Of a stretch of 64,000 nucleotides of DNA, positions 23,418 through 32,911 are shown piece after piece (position 1 is the stretch's first letter; each line of letters begins with the position of its first letter). The DNA lies in assembly GCA_964487045.1 (NCBI GenBank), contig CAZAOT010000003.1, positions 136,983-200,982 of the forward strand. The letters run 5' to 3'. Both the position numbers and the translations under genes were made by a program. The notes beneath the pieces are model-generated. The model saw nothing but the letters and a program-made list of their open reading frames with translations, did no database searches and was not told where the DNA came from. The DNA is from an uncultured Candidatus Saccharibacteria bacterium. Its GTDB lineage: Bacteria; Patescibacteriota; UBA1384; DTJR01.

Positions 23418-24181
23418 TTAAGTTACTGGGTCAACCAATTGCAGATGAGATCAAAGCGGATCTTATGAAGCGCTCTAAGCCAGAGGGTGTATTAGCAGTT
23501 GTCCAAATCGGTGATGATCCGGTTAGTTCTTTGTATATAAAAAAGAAACAAGAATTTGCCAAAGAAGTTGGAGTTAAGCTAGAGGTGATTAGCTCTACAG
23601 CTGAGTCAGCTAAGTTGGATGTAGAAAATTTAGCAACAAGAGGCGATATTAAAGGAATAATTATCCAGTTGCCAATTCCAGCGTCAATTGATCGTGAGGA
23701 GATTCTTAGGTTGATACCAAAGGAAAAAGATGTTGATGGCTTCAGGTATATTATCGGTGACGATTATATATCTACTCCGCCAACGGTTCTTGCAATTGAC
23801 GAGGTGTTTAAGCATTATGACATATCGCTTGAAAGCGGGGTTTTAATTGTGGGGGGAGGCTTCTTGGTTGGTAAGCCACTTTATAAGTTTTTGAAAGAAA
23901 AAGGAATCAGTGTTTTTGAACTAGGCAAAGGGGATGATGATTATGAACAAACTTTGAAAAGCCATAAGGTTGTGGTTGTCGCTACTGGTGGAGGACGCTA
24001 TTTTGAACAATCTGAGTTTCAGGAAAATAGCTATGTTATCGATGCATCGACCGTTCAGGAGGAGAATAAAATTAGAGGAGATGTTTCAGCAGAAGGCAAT
24101 TTAATTAATCTTTGTCCGGTTCCTGGTGGAGTCGGACCAATAACAGTATCGATGCTTTTTAAAAATTTTTTTGATCTATAA
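23414..24181 (+). CDS. folD: Methylenetetrahydrofolate dehydrogenase/cyclohydrolase
   Basis: SSLYIKKK, GIIIQLP, EKDVDG, PVPGGVGPIT. Confidence 0.9.
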   Translation: MIKLLGQPIADEIKADLMKRSKPEGVLAVVQIGDDPVSSLYIKKKQEFAKEVGVKLEVISSTAESAKLDVENLATRGDIKGIIIQLPIPASIDREEILRLIPKEKDVDGFRYIIGDDYISTPPTVLAIDEVFKHYDISLESGVLIVGGGFLVGKPLYKFLKEKGISVFELGKGDDDYEQTLKSHKVVVVATGGGRYFEQSEFQENSYVIDASTVQEENKIRGDVSAEGNLINLCPVPGGVGPITVSMLFKNFFDL

Positions 24182-24219
24182 AATTAGAAAAAATATAAAC
24201 TACCTGCTAAACTAGGCGT

Positions 24220-25386
24220 ATGAATAAGTTGCAAAGAGCTCGTTTTTTATTTGTCATTTCGCTAGCTTTAGCAATTGGAGTTTCCGCTGGCTCAGGATTT
24301 ATTGCAGGTGAATATTACCAGAAAAAAATTGCATCCAAGCAAACATTAGACGGAGTTGATTTTAAGATTTTTTGGGACGCATACAACGAACTGAAGCAAA
24401 AATATGTTGGTCAGGTTGATCCGCAGAAGTATCTCTACGGAGCTATAAACGGAGGCTATTCCTCTACCGGCGATCCTTATACTATTTTTATGCCACCGGA
24501 GTTGTCAGATGAATTCCAGAAAGATCTTTCTGGCGAACTTGAGGGGGTTGGGTTAAAGCTTGGCACTCTTGATTCGCTTCCGACAGTTATTGCTCCAATT
24601 GCAGACTCTCCGGCCGATAAAGCAGGTATAAAGCCTAAGGATAAGATTTTGAAAGTTGATGATTTTGTGACTGAAAATAAAATCCTTGATGAAGTAGTCA
24701 GCAAGATTAGAGGTAAGGCTGGCACGAAAGTTAAGCTATTAATTTTAAAAGCTGGTACAAGTGATACCAAAGAAGTGGAATTAACTAGAGAAAAAATTGA
24801 AGTTAAAAGCGTTGAAGTAAAATACATAGGCGATACGGCGGTCATAGCTATAAATGAATTTGGTACGTATTCATCACAGGAATTTGAAAAAATTTACAAA
24901 GAAGCATCGGCTAAGCCTGTTAAAAAGGTTGTTCTAGATATGAGGGGAGATCCTGGTGGACTGCTAAATAGCGCGGTTGAAATTGCTGAATATTTCTTGA
25001 AGGAAGGTCAGACGATCGTTATTGAACAGGGCAATAATGTGCGTCAGGAGGAGAAGGTTAGAACGGAGCGCGGATGGCAGGATATAAAACTTTCAGTACT
25101 GGTAGATGAGGGAAGTGCCTCGGCAAGTGAGATATTAGCTGGCGCAATCAAGGACAATAATCGGGGTAAGATAATTGGCTTGAAGACATTTGGCAAAGGA
25201 ACGGTCCAGGAGTTGTCGCCATTTCCAGATGGAAGCTCATCTAAGATTACTATTTCCAAATGGCTTACGCCAAAGGGTACTGATATAAATAAAGATGGTA
25301 TCGAACCTGATATAAAGGTTGATGCGTCTGATAATCCTAATTTCGACAGCAATGATCCTCAGCTAAATAAAGCTTTGAGTAACTAA
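24220..25386 (+). CDS. ctpA: S41 C-terminal processing peptidase with PDZ domain
   Basis: DPYT, PDZ, DMRGDPGG, SASASEI, TFGKG. Confidence 0.92.
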   Translation: MNKLQRARFLFVISLALAIGVSAGSGFIAGEYYQKKIASKQTLDGVDFKIFWDAYNELKQKYVGQVDPQKYLYGAINGGYSSTGDPYTIFMPPELSDEFQKDLSGELEGVGLKLGTLDSLPTVIAPIADSPADKAGIKPKDKILKVDDFVTENKILDEVVSKIRGKAGTKVKLLILKAGTSDTKEVELTREKIEVKSVEVKYIGDTAVIAINEFGTYSSQEFEKIYKEASAKPVKKVVLDMRGDPGGLLNSAVEIAEYFLKEGQTIVIEQGNNVRQEEKVRTERGWQDIKLSVLVDEGSASASEILAGAIKDNNRGKIIGLKTFGKGTVQELSPFPDGSSSKITISKWLTPKGTDINKDGIEPDIKVDASDNPNFDSNDPQLNKALSN

Positions 25387-25441
25387 CAAGCACGATTCTT
25401 GCTATAATAATATTGTGGTATGATTACTTAGAGGAGGGCTA

Positions 25442-26731
25442 ATGGCCGATAATTTAAATGTACAAAACGATCCTGGACAAGCTTCAGGAGCAGGAAGTTC
25501 ACCACTTGGGAGCGAACCAACTAATTCACCGTTAGAACAGTCTAGCGTTCCCCAGGGGGCTCCACCAGAGCAACCGATGGGGCAAGCTGCTCCACCGGTT
25601 GAATCTCAGAATTTAGGGGAATCGTCTACTCCACCGAATACTGATGAGTTTTTAAATTCTATCTTGCAGCAACAGCCACAAGCACCGGCCACTCCAGATG
25701 TTTCAGCTCCTCCAGTTTCCCCCGATGCTCCTCCTGTAGCTCCAGGTGCTGCTGGTCCAATCCCAACCGAACCGGCCCCTCCACTTAATAATCCCTTGGA
25801 ACCTCAGGTGCCTGAACCAGGACCAATTAATAATCCTCTCCAACCACAGGAAAATCCTATGCCAGAGCCACCTGCACCTGCACCCGAACCAGCTCCGGCT
25901 CCAATGCCTGAACCAACACCAATGGAGCCGCCTGCTCCGGAGATGCCTGCTGAGCCTCCCGTTATGAATCAACCTTCTGGCGGTCTTTCTGATGGGGTTT
26001 CGCTAGATGGTGTGCAATCTGCACCGACTCCGGCTGCTCCTCAGCCACCAGCTGACGGTTCAGTTTCTACGAATATGTTTTCTCAAACACCTCAGGCAAG
26101 TGGTGGCTCAGGAATGAAGAAGCTGATTTTGATCGTTCTGGCTTTAATCGTCCTGGGTGGAGGCTATTATGCATACACCGTTTTTATGGGTGGTAGCTCA
26201 ACAAGCAATTCCGCTACTAAGAGTGTAACTCCTGGAGCAACCAAGACATCATCTTCTTCAACGGCCACAAATGCCAAGGACTCTCAGCGAAAAACAGACC
26301 TAGCGGTTATAAAAGATGCTTTGATGAATTATTATGCCGGAAGCAACCAATATCCTGTTGCTGCTCAGCTGACAATGCTTAATGTCGCTGGTAATATTTT
26401 GGAACAGCAACTTATACCTAATTTCTTAGCCAAGCTTCCTTCTGACCCTGACTCTACGAAAGCATACGGCTATAAGTCAGACGGAATGACCTTTACTCTT
26501 AGCGCCGTTCTTGACAATAGTAGTGATCCTGATGCAGTATTAGAGAACGGAAAGGCAATCTACCAATTAACCTCGAGCAGTTCTTCGGCGACAGGAGCAT
26601 CAGCTTCGGCTAGCTCTTCAATCGTAGTTAGCACACCATCAACTTTCGCTCCTTCGGCAGGAACAGTAGATGATGCGCAGACTGCAACAGCAACCTCTAA
26701 CGTTCCGCCAACCCTAAATAGCAACTTTTAA
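25442..26731 (+). CDS. Pro-rich membrane protein with a pilin/GspG-like domain
   Basis: Disordered Pro-rich N-terminus, single TM, KDSQRKTDL..IKDAL..YY....YP...LP.DP. Confidence 0.6.
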   Translation: MADNLNVQNDPGQASGAGSSPLGSEPTNSPLEQSSVPQGAPPEQPMGQAAPPVESQNLGESSTPPNTDEFLNSILQQQPQAPATPDVSAPPVSPDAPPVAPGAAGPIPTEPAPPLNNPLEPQVPEPGPINNPLQPQENPMPEPPAPAPEPAPAPMPEPTPMEPPAPEMPAEPPVMNQPSGGLSDGVSLDGVQSAPTPAAPQPPADGSVSTNMFSQTPQASGGSGMKKLILIVLALIVLGGGYYAYTVFMGGSSTSNSATKSVTPGATKTSSSSTATNAKDSQRKTDLAVIKDALMNYYAGSNQYPVAAQLTMLNVAGNILEQQLIPNFLAKLPSDPDSTKAYGYKSDGMTFTLSAVLDNSSDPDAVLENGKAIYQLTSSSSSATGASASASSSIVVSTPSTFAPSAGTVDDAQTATATSNVPPTLNSNF

Positions 26732-26742
26732 AAAGGTATAAA

Positions 26743-27306
26743 ATGAATATAGTTTGGGTTATCCTAATTGTTATAGGGATTATCGTTCTCTATCTCGTCT
26801 TTGCCTATAATTCACTTATTACTCTAAAGACCCGTGCGGAAGAAGCATGGAGTGATATTAGTGTTCAGTTGAAAAGGCGATATGATCTGATTCCAAATCT
26901 TGTAGCTTCAGTAAAAGGCTATGCGAAGCATGAGAAAGAATTATTTGAGAATGTTACTAAGGCCAGAGTTTCGGCGATGGAAGCTAAGGATATTAAGGAC
27001 AAGGAGAAAGCTGAGAACCAACTTTCGGAAAGTCTTAAATCAATTTTTGCAGTTGCAGAAAATTATCCCAACCTTCGTGCAAATGAAAACTTTTTAGCGC
27101 TGCAGGGAGAGCTAACTGACACTGAAAACAAGATAGAAGCTTCAAGGCGATTTTATAATGCCAATGTCAGAGACCTCAATATTAGAATCCAATCCTTTCC
27201 TAGTAATATAATTGCGAATATGTTCAAGTTTGAATCAAAGCAGTTATTTGAAGTCGAGGCCAGTCAAAAAGAAGCGATCGAAAAAGCACCAAAAGTTGAG
27301 ATTTAG
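26743..27306 (+). CDS. lemA: LemA family protein
   Basis: AWSDISVQLKRRYDLIPNLV, AENYPNLRA, ENKI..SRRFYN. Confidence 0.95.
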   Translation: MNIVWVILIVIGIIVLYLVFAYNSLITLKTRAEEAWSDISVQLKRRYDLIPNLVASVKGYAKHEKELFENVTKARVSAMEAKDIKDKEKAENQLSESLKSIFAVAENYPNLRANENFLALQGELTDTENKIEASRRFYNANVRDLNIRIQSFPSNIIANMFKFESKQLFEVEASQKEAIEKAPKVEI

Positions 27307-27309
27307 TAA

Positions 27310-27786
27310 ATGAAGAAGATAATTATTATTGCAGGCGCTCTGATAGTAATTGTTGGAGGGTTCTTTCTGATAAGAAGTAATTCTTCTAATTCTTCAAAGA
27401 AATACAGTGAAAATATAACCGATGAAGGATTTAGTATCTCGACTGGTGGTGGCTCAATTAGTGGCAAATATGAAGATCCAGACAAGCTTAACCTCGGTTT
27501 GAGTGTCTACTCGGGAGCGATTCTCGCTGGAGATCAAAAGTCGGCCGGAAATTTTAACCTTAATGGTGTCAAGCTTACTTCGGCTACATATCAGACTGAT
27601 GATTCTAGGGAGAAGGTGGAGGATTTCTATGCTAAACAATTTGGTTCTGACCTGCAGAAAGGCGAGATAATCAGTGGAGATAAAACATATAAATTATTTA
27701 AGTCAAAGACAAATGCCAATTCTGCAATGGTTAATATATGGACTCAAGACAATATAACCTATTTCACAATCTTTAAAACGAGCTAA
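27310..27786 (+). CDS. Hypothetical exported protein
   Basis: N-terminal TM; operonic ORF. Confidence 0.65.
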   Translation: MKKIIIIAGALIVIVGGFFLIRSNSSNSSKKYSENITDEGFSISTGGGSISGKYEDPDKLNLGLSVYSGAILAGDQKSAGNFNLNGVKLTSATYQTDDSREKVEDFYAKQFGSDLQKGEIISGDKTYKLFKSKTNANSAMVNIWTQDNITYFTIFKTS

Positions 27787-27793
27787 GCAAAAT

Positions 27794-28672
27794 ATGTACA
27801 ACCAGATAAGCGCTAACAAACGCAATTCAATTTTGATAATTTTCATTTTCTTGATCTTCGTAATTTTTGTTGGTTACTTTCTATCTAGATATTATAATTC
27901 TCCAGGTATTTTGGCGTTCGCAGTGATTTTTTCGATCGTTCAAGCTTTAGTTTCGTATTATCAATCAGATAAAATTGCCTTGTTGGCTGCTGGCGCAGTT
28001 GAAGCGCCAAGGGATAAATATATTGAGCTTCATCGGATAGTCGAGAATCTCTCGATTACTTCCGGAATTGTTCAGCCGAGAATTTACATAATTAATGATC
28101 TCTCGCCAAATGCTTTTGCGACAGGACGAGATCCTAAGCACTCAGCTTTGGCAGTCACGACAGGACTGCTTGAAAAGCTTAACAAGACTGAGCTTGAAGG
28201 TGTAATCGCTCATGAACTTAGTCATATCGGTAACTATGACATCAGACTGATGACAATCGTTGTAGTTTTGGTTGGAATTATTGCCCTTATCTCTGATTGG
28301 GGTATGAGGGCATTTTTTTGGCGAGATCGAGATGAAAATTCCAATTCTGGCTATATGGTTTTAATCGCTCTCGCACTGTATATTTTTGCACCTATTTCGG
28401 CGATGCTTATTCAGCTTGCTGTTTCTAGAAAGCGAGAATACTTGGCTGACGCTTCAGGAGTGCTTCTGACCAGATATCCTGAAGGCTTGGCCTCGGCTCT
28501 TGAAAAATTGGCTTCTTCGAAGCCACTCACTCGTCAAAATAGAGCAATTGCTCACTTATATATATCTGAGCCATCGGGCAATAATAAAAAAGAGCAGTCT
28601 TGGCTCGTGACTGCTTTCTCGACTCATCCACCGATTCAAGACAGGATCAAAAAACTAAGAAAAATGGCCTAA
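27794..28672 (+). CDS. htpX: M48 zinc metalloprotease HtpX
   Basis: PNAFATG, HELSH, SRKREYLAD, STHPP. Confidence 0.95.
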   Translation: MYNQISANKRNSILIIFIFLIFVIFVGYFLSRYYNSPGILAFAVIFSIVQALVSYYQSDKIALLAAGAVEAPRDKYIELHRIVENLSITSGIVQPRIYIINDLSPNAFATGRDPKHSALAVTTGLLEKLNKTELEGVIAHELSHIGNYDIRLMTIVVVLVGIIALISDWGMRAFFWRDRDENSNSGYMVLIALALYIFAPISAMLIQLAVSRKREYLADASGVLLTRYPEGLASALEKLASSKPLTRQNRAIAHLYISEPSGNNKKEQSWLVTAFSTHPPIQDRIKKLRKMA

Positions 28673-28674
28673 AA

Positions 28675-29076
28675 AGGGAAAGACCCGGGCGAGGCCGGGT
28701 CTGGTGAAGTCGTGATGCCTGGTCTAACCAGGCCTGGTTTGGTGAAACGCCCTGGGGAGGGCTTTCGAACGGTCGTCCTTGTTCCCTAGCGATCATGCCG
28801 GGTCAAGGGGTTGCAGGCGTTGAGCATATCTACTGGCGATCCGGTGTTCTTACCCGGGCGCTTTCGGTGCTCGCGGCACAGCGTGCGGCCTGAGGCCGCT
28901 TTGTGATGTAGCCTCGAGAGGCTACTATGGGTTCGGCTGCATGTTCTTCGTCTTGCGCGCGTGTCCTACCGGACTTACATGCCACGCCCTGAAAGCCAGG
29001 GCTTCGAACGCCACGCTCCGCATGATGCGGAGGTTCAACTTGTCCCACAGAGACAGCTAGCCCTCCCCAAGGCTTA
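28675..29076 (-). ncRNA. Unidentified large, highly structured ncRNA candidate
   Basis: 15-bp closing stem 28749-28763/29059-29073, nested stems and hairpins, upstream TTGACA-16-TACTAT, downstream terminator, no credible ORF. Confidence 0.7.
28681..28702 (-). terminator. Intrinsic terminator AGACCCGG...CCGGGTCT
   Basis: 8-bp stem followed on the minus strand by TTCCCTTTTT. Confidence 0.6.
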
Positions 29077-29081
29077 AACAT

Positions 29082-29109
29082 ATAGTATTACAACTCTTTA
29101 ATTTGTCAA
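29082..29109 (-). promoter_or_regulatory. Sigma70 promoter TTGACA-16-TACTAT for the ncRNA
   Basis: -35 at 29109-29104, -10 at 29087-29082; predicted start lands at the closing stem. Confidence 0.6.
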
Positions 29110-29130
29110 GACCCTTGATATAATGGCCAT

Positions 29131-31152
29131 ATGGAAAAGGAAGAAGCCAAAAGTAGAATTGAGGTCTTAAAAAAAGAAATCGACCAAAATCGATATCTTT
29201 ATCATGCTCTCGATAAGCCTCGAGTATCAGATGCTGTTGATGATTCGCTAAAGAGAGAATTAGCAAAATTAGAAGAGCAATATCCTGAGCTAATAACTAT
29301 TGATTCTCCTACTCAGCGTGTTGGAGGAAAAGCACTGGATAAATTTGCAAAACTGACCCATAAAAAACCAATGCTATCGTTAAACGACGTTTTTTCAGCA
29401 GAAGAATTCAAGGCTTGGGAAGACAGGATTGCTAAGTTAGTTGGCAGAGACAAGATCAGCCAAGCTGGATATTACGGGGAAGTTAAGATGGATGGACTAG
29501 CCGTTACGCTTCTTTATGAAAATGGTATTTTTGTCCAAGGGGCCACGAGAGGTGATGGAAAAATTGGGGAGGATGTCACAAACAATTTGAAAACAATTGA
29601 ATCGATTCCGCTTAAATTGCGAGCATTAGCGAGTCATCCCGAACTTGTTTCGGGATCTTTAGAGATCCGTGGGGAAATCTATATCGATAAAAAAGATTTT
29701 GAGGATATTAACGATTTACAGAGAAAAAATGGTGGTCAAGTTTTTGCTAATCCAAGAAATTTAGCAGCAGGATCTATCCGTCAGCTCGACCCTAAAATTG
29801 CTGCTTCTCGTAAATTAAAGTTTATGATGTATGCTATTTCGACCGATCTTGGCGCACAAAAGCACTCTGAGGAGCATGAGATCGCAAGCCAACTTGGCTT
29901 TAACGCAAATATTAAAACAAACAAAATTTGTTTAAGCGCTGAAGAAGTAATTGATTTTTATGGTGAGCTTTCAAAAAAACGAGAAGATTTACCCTATCAG
30001 ATAGATGGTTTGGTTATCGGTGTAAATGATAAGAAAGTATTTGAAAGACTTGGCGTCGTTGGAAAAGCGCCCCGCGGCCAGATTGCTTTTAAATTTGCAG
30101 CCGAGGAAGCAACAAGCGTTATCAAAGACATAATTGTACAAGTGGGGAGAACCGGCAAGCTTACTCCGGTTGCTGTTATGGAGCCGACCGTAGTTGCCGG
30201 GTCAACCGTCTCGCGGGCGACACTACACAATGCTGATGAAATCAAAAGGAAAGATATCAAAATTGACGACACGGTGATTATTAGAAAAGCTGGTGACGTG
30301 ATCCCGGAGGTTGTGGAGCCAATTACCAGAATGCGCACTGGTAAAGAGCAAGAATTTAAGATGCCGAGCTGTTGTCCGATTTGCGGTGGTAAAGTAATCA
30401 AACGCGAAGGGGAAGTTGACTGGTATTGCTCTGATCGAAACTGCTCGGTAAGGGAGCTTAGACAGCTTAATCATTTTGTTTCTAAAGGTGCCTTTGAAAT
30501 AGATGGCCTTGGCCCGAAAATTGTAGAGCAGCTAGTGGCCGAAGGCCTAATCAAAGATGCTTCAGATATTTTCGAACTGACAGAAGGCGATTTACAGCCA
30601 CTTGAAAGATTTGCCGAAAAGTCTGCCCAAAATTTAGTTGAATCAATCCAGTCATCGAAAGAGATTGATCTAGATAGATTTATTTATGCACTTGGAATTA
30701 GACATGTTGGTGATCAGATGGCTACCGACTTAGCTAAACAATTTGGAAATTTACATGATTTTGTTTCATGCAAAAAAGAGGACTTAGATAAAATGTATGG
30801 AATAGGGGAGAAGGTGGCTAGCTCGGTAATAGAATTTTTGTCTGACGAGAAAGGTAAGCAATTAATCGCAAATCTGATTGATAAGGGTGTGAAGGTTAAT
30901 AATTATCACTCCCCTGTCAGAAAAAATGTTTTAAACGGAAAGAGCTTTGTTGTCACTGGTTCGCTCGAATCTATGGCTCGAGATGAAGCTCATAAGAAAA
31001 TAATTCAGCTAGGTGGGGTCATTTCTTCTTCGGTAAGTTCAAAAACAGATTATTTGGTAGCCGGAGAAGATCCCGGCTCAAAACTCGAAAAGGCTCAAAA
31101 GTTCGGTACTAAAATTTTGAGCGAAAAAGAATTTTTAGATCTGGTTAAATAA
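29131..31152 (+). CDS. ligA: NAD-dependent DNA ligase
   Basis: KMDG adenylation motif, OB fold, Zn finger, HhH repeats, BRCT. Confidence 0.97.
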   Translation: MEKEEAKSRIEVLKKEIDQNRYLYHALDKPRVSDAVDDSLKRELAKLEEQYPELITIDSPTQRVGGKALDKFAKLTHKKPMLSLNDVFSAEEFKAWEDRIAKLVGRDKISQAGYYGEVKMDGLAVTLLYENGIFVQGATRGDGKIGEDVTNNLKTIESIPLKLRALASHPELVSGSLEIRGEIYIDKKDFEDINDLQRKNGGQVFANPRNLAAGSIRQLDPKIAASRKLKFMMYAISTDLGAQKHSEEHEIASQLGFNANIKTNKICLSAEEVIDFYGELSKKREDLPYQIDGLVIGVNDKKVFERLGVVGKAPRGQIAFKFAAEEATSVIKDIIVQVGRTGKLTPVAVMEPTVVAGSTVSRATLHNADEIKRKDIKIDDTVIIRKAGDVIPEVVEPITRMRTGKEQEFKMPSCCPICGGKVIKREGEVDWYCSDRNCSVRELRQLNHFVSKGAFEIDGLGPKIVEQLVAEGLIKDASDIFELTEGDLQPLERFAEKSAQNLVESIQSSKEIDLDRFIYALGIRHVGDQMATDLAKQFGNLHDFVSCKKEDLDKMYGIGEKVASSVIEFLSDEKGKQLIANLIDKGVKVNNYHSPVRKNVLNGKSFVVTGSLESMARDEAHKKIIQLGGVISSSVSSKTDYLVAGEDPGSKLEKAQKFGTKILSEKEFLDLVK

Positions 31153-31213
31153 TTAGATACTATTTATTTTACTCCTGTTTTAAGGTAAGCTAAGACTAAT
31201 AAAAAGGAGTCTT

Positions 31214-32911
31214 TTGGCTCAAAAAAAATCTTGCAAACATTGCAAAAAAGAATTTGTTGTTGAAGATTGGGATATCAATTTTTTAAAAAAGATTTCTCCC
31301 ACTTTTGCAGGGCAAACTTTCGAAATACCCCTTCCAAGCCTATGCCCAGAGTGCAGAGAGATAAGGCGAGAACTTCTGAGAAATGAAAGAGTTCTATATA
31401 AAAGAAAGTCTGATAAGTCTGGCGAAGAGACAATTTCTTGTTTTTCACCAGATAAGGATTTGATTGTATATTCACCCCAGGAGTGGTGGGCGGACGATTG
31501 GGACGCATCCGATTATGGTGTCGAATTTGATAAAAATAAAACATTTTTTGACCAGTATATGGAGCTTTATAAAAAAGTTCCGAAGCTTGCGCTTTCAAAT
31601 ACAAACAATGAAAATACTGAATTTGGTAATTATATAGATGGCGTGAAGGACTGCTATATGTCTTTTACCTGCTATTTCGGAAGCGAAAAAGTCCTTTATT
31701 CGTATGTTTCTTATTCAGACAAGAACTGCGTGGATATGACATTCAGCGAAGAAAATGAAAATTGCTACTATCTTTACAATTCAACGAAAAATTATAACTG
31801 CTATTTTTGCGACAATATACATAATTCGAGAGATTGTCGGTTTTCTTTCGACCTGATCGGGTGCAGTGACTGTTTGTTTTGTTCTAACTTACGCAGAAAG
31901 CAGTATTGTATTTCAAACAAGCAGTATTCACGTGATGAGTATTTGGAAAAAATTAAAGAATATAATTTTGGGTCTTATGCCAAAACCAAAGAGTATCAGG
32001 AAAAACTTGCTCAAATCAAAAAAGATTCGATTGTTAAATTTGCTAATTTCGTAAATTGTGAGAATTGCAGCGGGGATGACAATATAAACTGCTCTAATGC
32101 GATAAAGTGTTTTGGTTGCAATGATGTGCAAGACTCTAAATATACTTATCGAGCTGTGCATATGAAGGATGCGATGGACTTTATGTGCGGTGGCGCCGAA
32201 AGTGTTTATGAGGTTTCCAATATCGGCTATGGGATTGGATTCTATTTCTGCGAGCACTGTATCACTGGCAACAATCTTTTCTACTGCAGACATTGTATGA
32301 ATTGTAACGATTGTTTCGGCTGTGTTGGTTTGAGCCGCAAGCAATATTGTATTTTAAACAAACAATATTCTAAAGAAGACTATGAAAAAAAAGTAGCAGA
32401 AATCATAGGATTCATGAGCGGAAATGGCGAATGGGGAGAAATGTTCCCGATCGACAAAAATGTCTTTGCTTACAATGAGACCTTGGCCAACGACAATTTT
32501 CCAAAAACAAAAGAAGAAGCCTTGGCCTTCGGGTGTAAGTGGCAAGACAATGATTATTCGCTCAAGCATGACGGACCTTTTTACGAGCCTAAAGATGATA
32601 TTGCAGACTATAAAAATGACGAGACTGAAAGACAAAAGTTACTTTCTGGAATATTGAAATGCGAAGTATCGGGCAAGCCTTATAAGATCGTGCCACAAGA
32701 GTTAGCTTTTTATCTCGAACACAATCTTCCGGTTACGAGAAAGCATTTCGATATTAGATTTAAAGAGAGACTGGAAAAGCGTAATCCAAGGACTCTTTAT
32801 CATCGTCAGTGTATGAACGAAGATTGCGAAAATAAATTTGAAACAACCTATGCGCCAGATAGACCAGAAAAAGTATTTTGTGAATCATGTTATCAAAAGG
32901 AGCTAACGTGA
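31214..32911 (+). CDS. Cys-rich multi-zinc-ribbon protein, paralogue 1
   Basis: CKHC...LCPECR, WW.D.W, Cys repeats, GEWGE, C-terminal KVFCESCY. Confidence 0.85.
   Translation: MAQKKSCKHCKKEFVVEDWDINFLKKISPTFAGQTFEIPLPSLCPECREIRRELLRNERVLYKRKSDKSGEETISCFSPDKDLIVYSPQEWWADDWDASDYGVEFDKNKTFFDQYMELYKKVPKLALSNTNNENTEFGNYIDGVKDCYMSFTCYFGSEKVLYSYVSYSDKNCVDMTFSEENENCYYLYNSTKNYNCYFCDNIHNSRDCRFSFDLIGCSDCLFCSNLRRKQYCISNKQYSRDEYLEKIKEYNFGSYAKTKEYQEKLAQIKKDSIVKFANFVNCENCSGDDNINCSNAIKCFGCNDVQDSKYTYRAVHMKDAMDFMCGGAESVYEVSNIGYGIGFYFCEHCITGNNLFYCRHCMNCNDCFGCVGLSRKQYCILNKQYSKEDYEKKVAEIIGFMSGNGEWGEMFPIDKNVFAYNETLANDNFPKTKEEALAFGCKWQDNDYSLKHDGPFYEPKDDIADYKNDETERQKLLSGILKCEVSGKPYKIVPQELAFYLEHNLPVTRKHFDIRFKERLEKRNPRTLYHRQCMNEDCENKFETTYAPDRPEKVFCESCYQKELT

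Noticed and set aside
28675-29076. Calling the large RNA RNase P, tmRNA or SRP, or accepting ORF 28830-29081
   Set aside because: Diagnostic motifs are absent (only weak AAGUCCGG/ACCCGGC echoes of RNase P). The ORF starts upstream of the predicted transcription start and looks non-protein-like.
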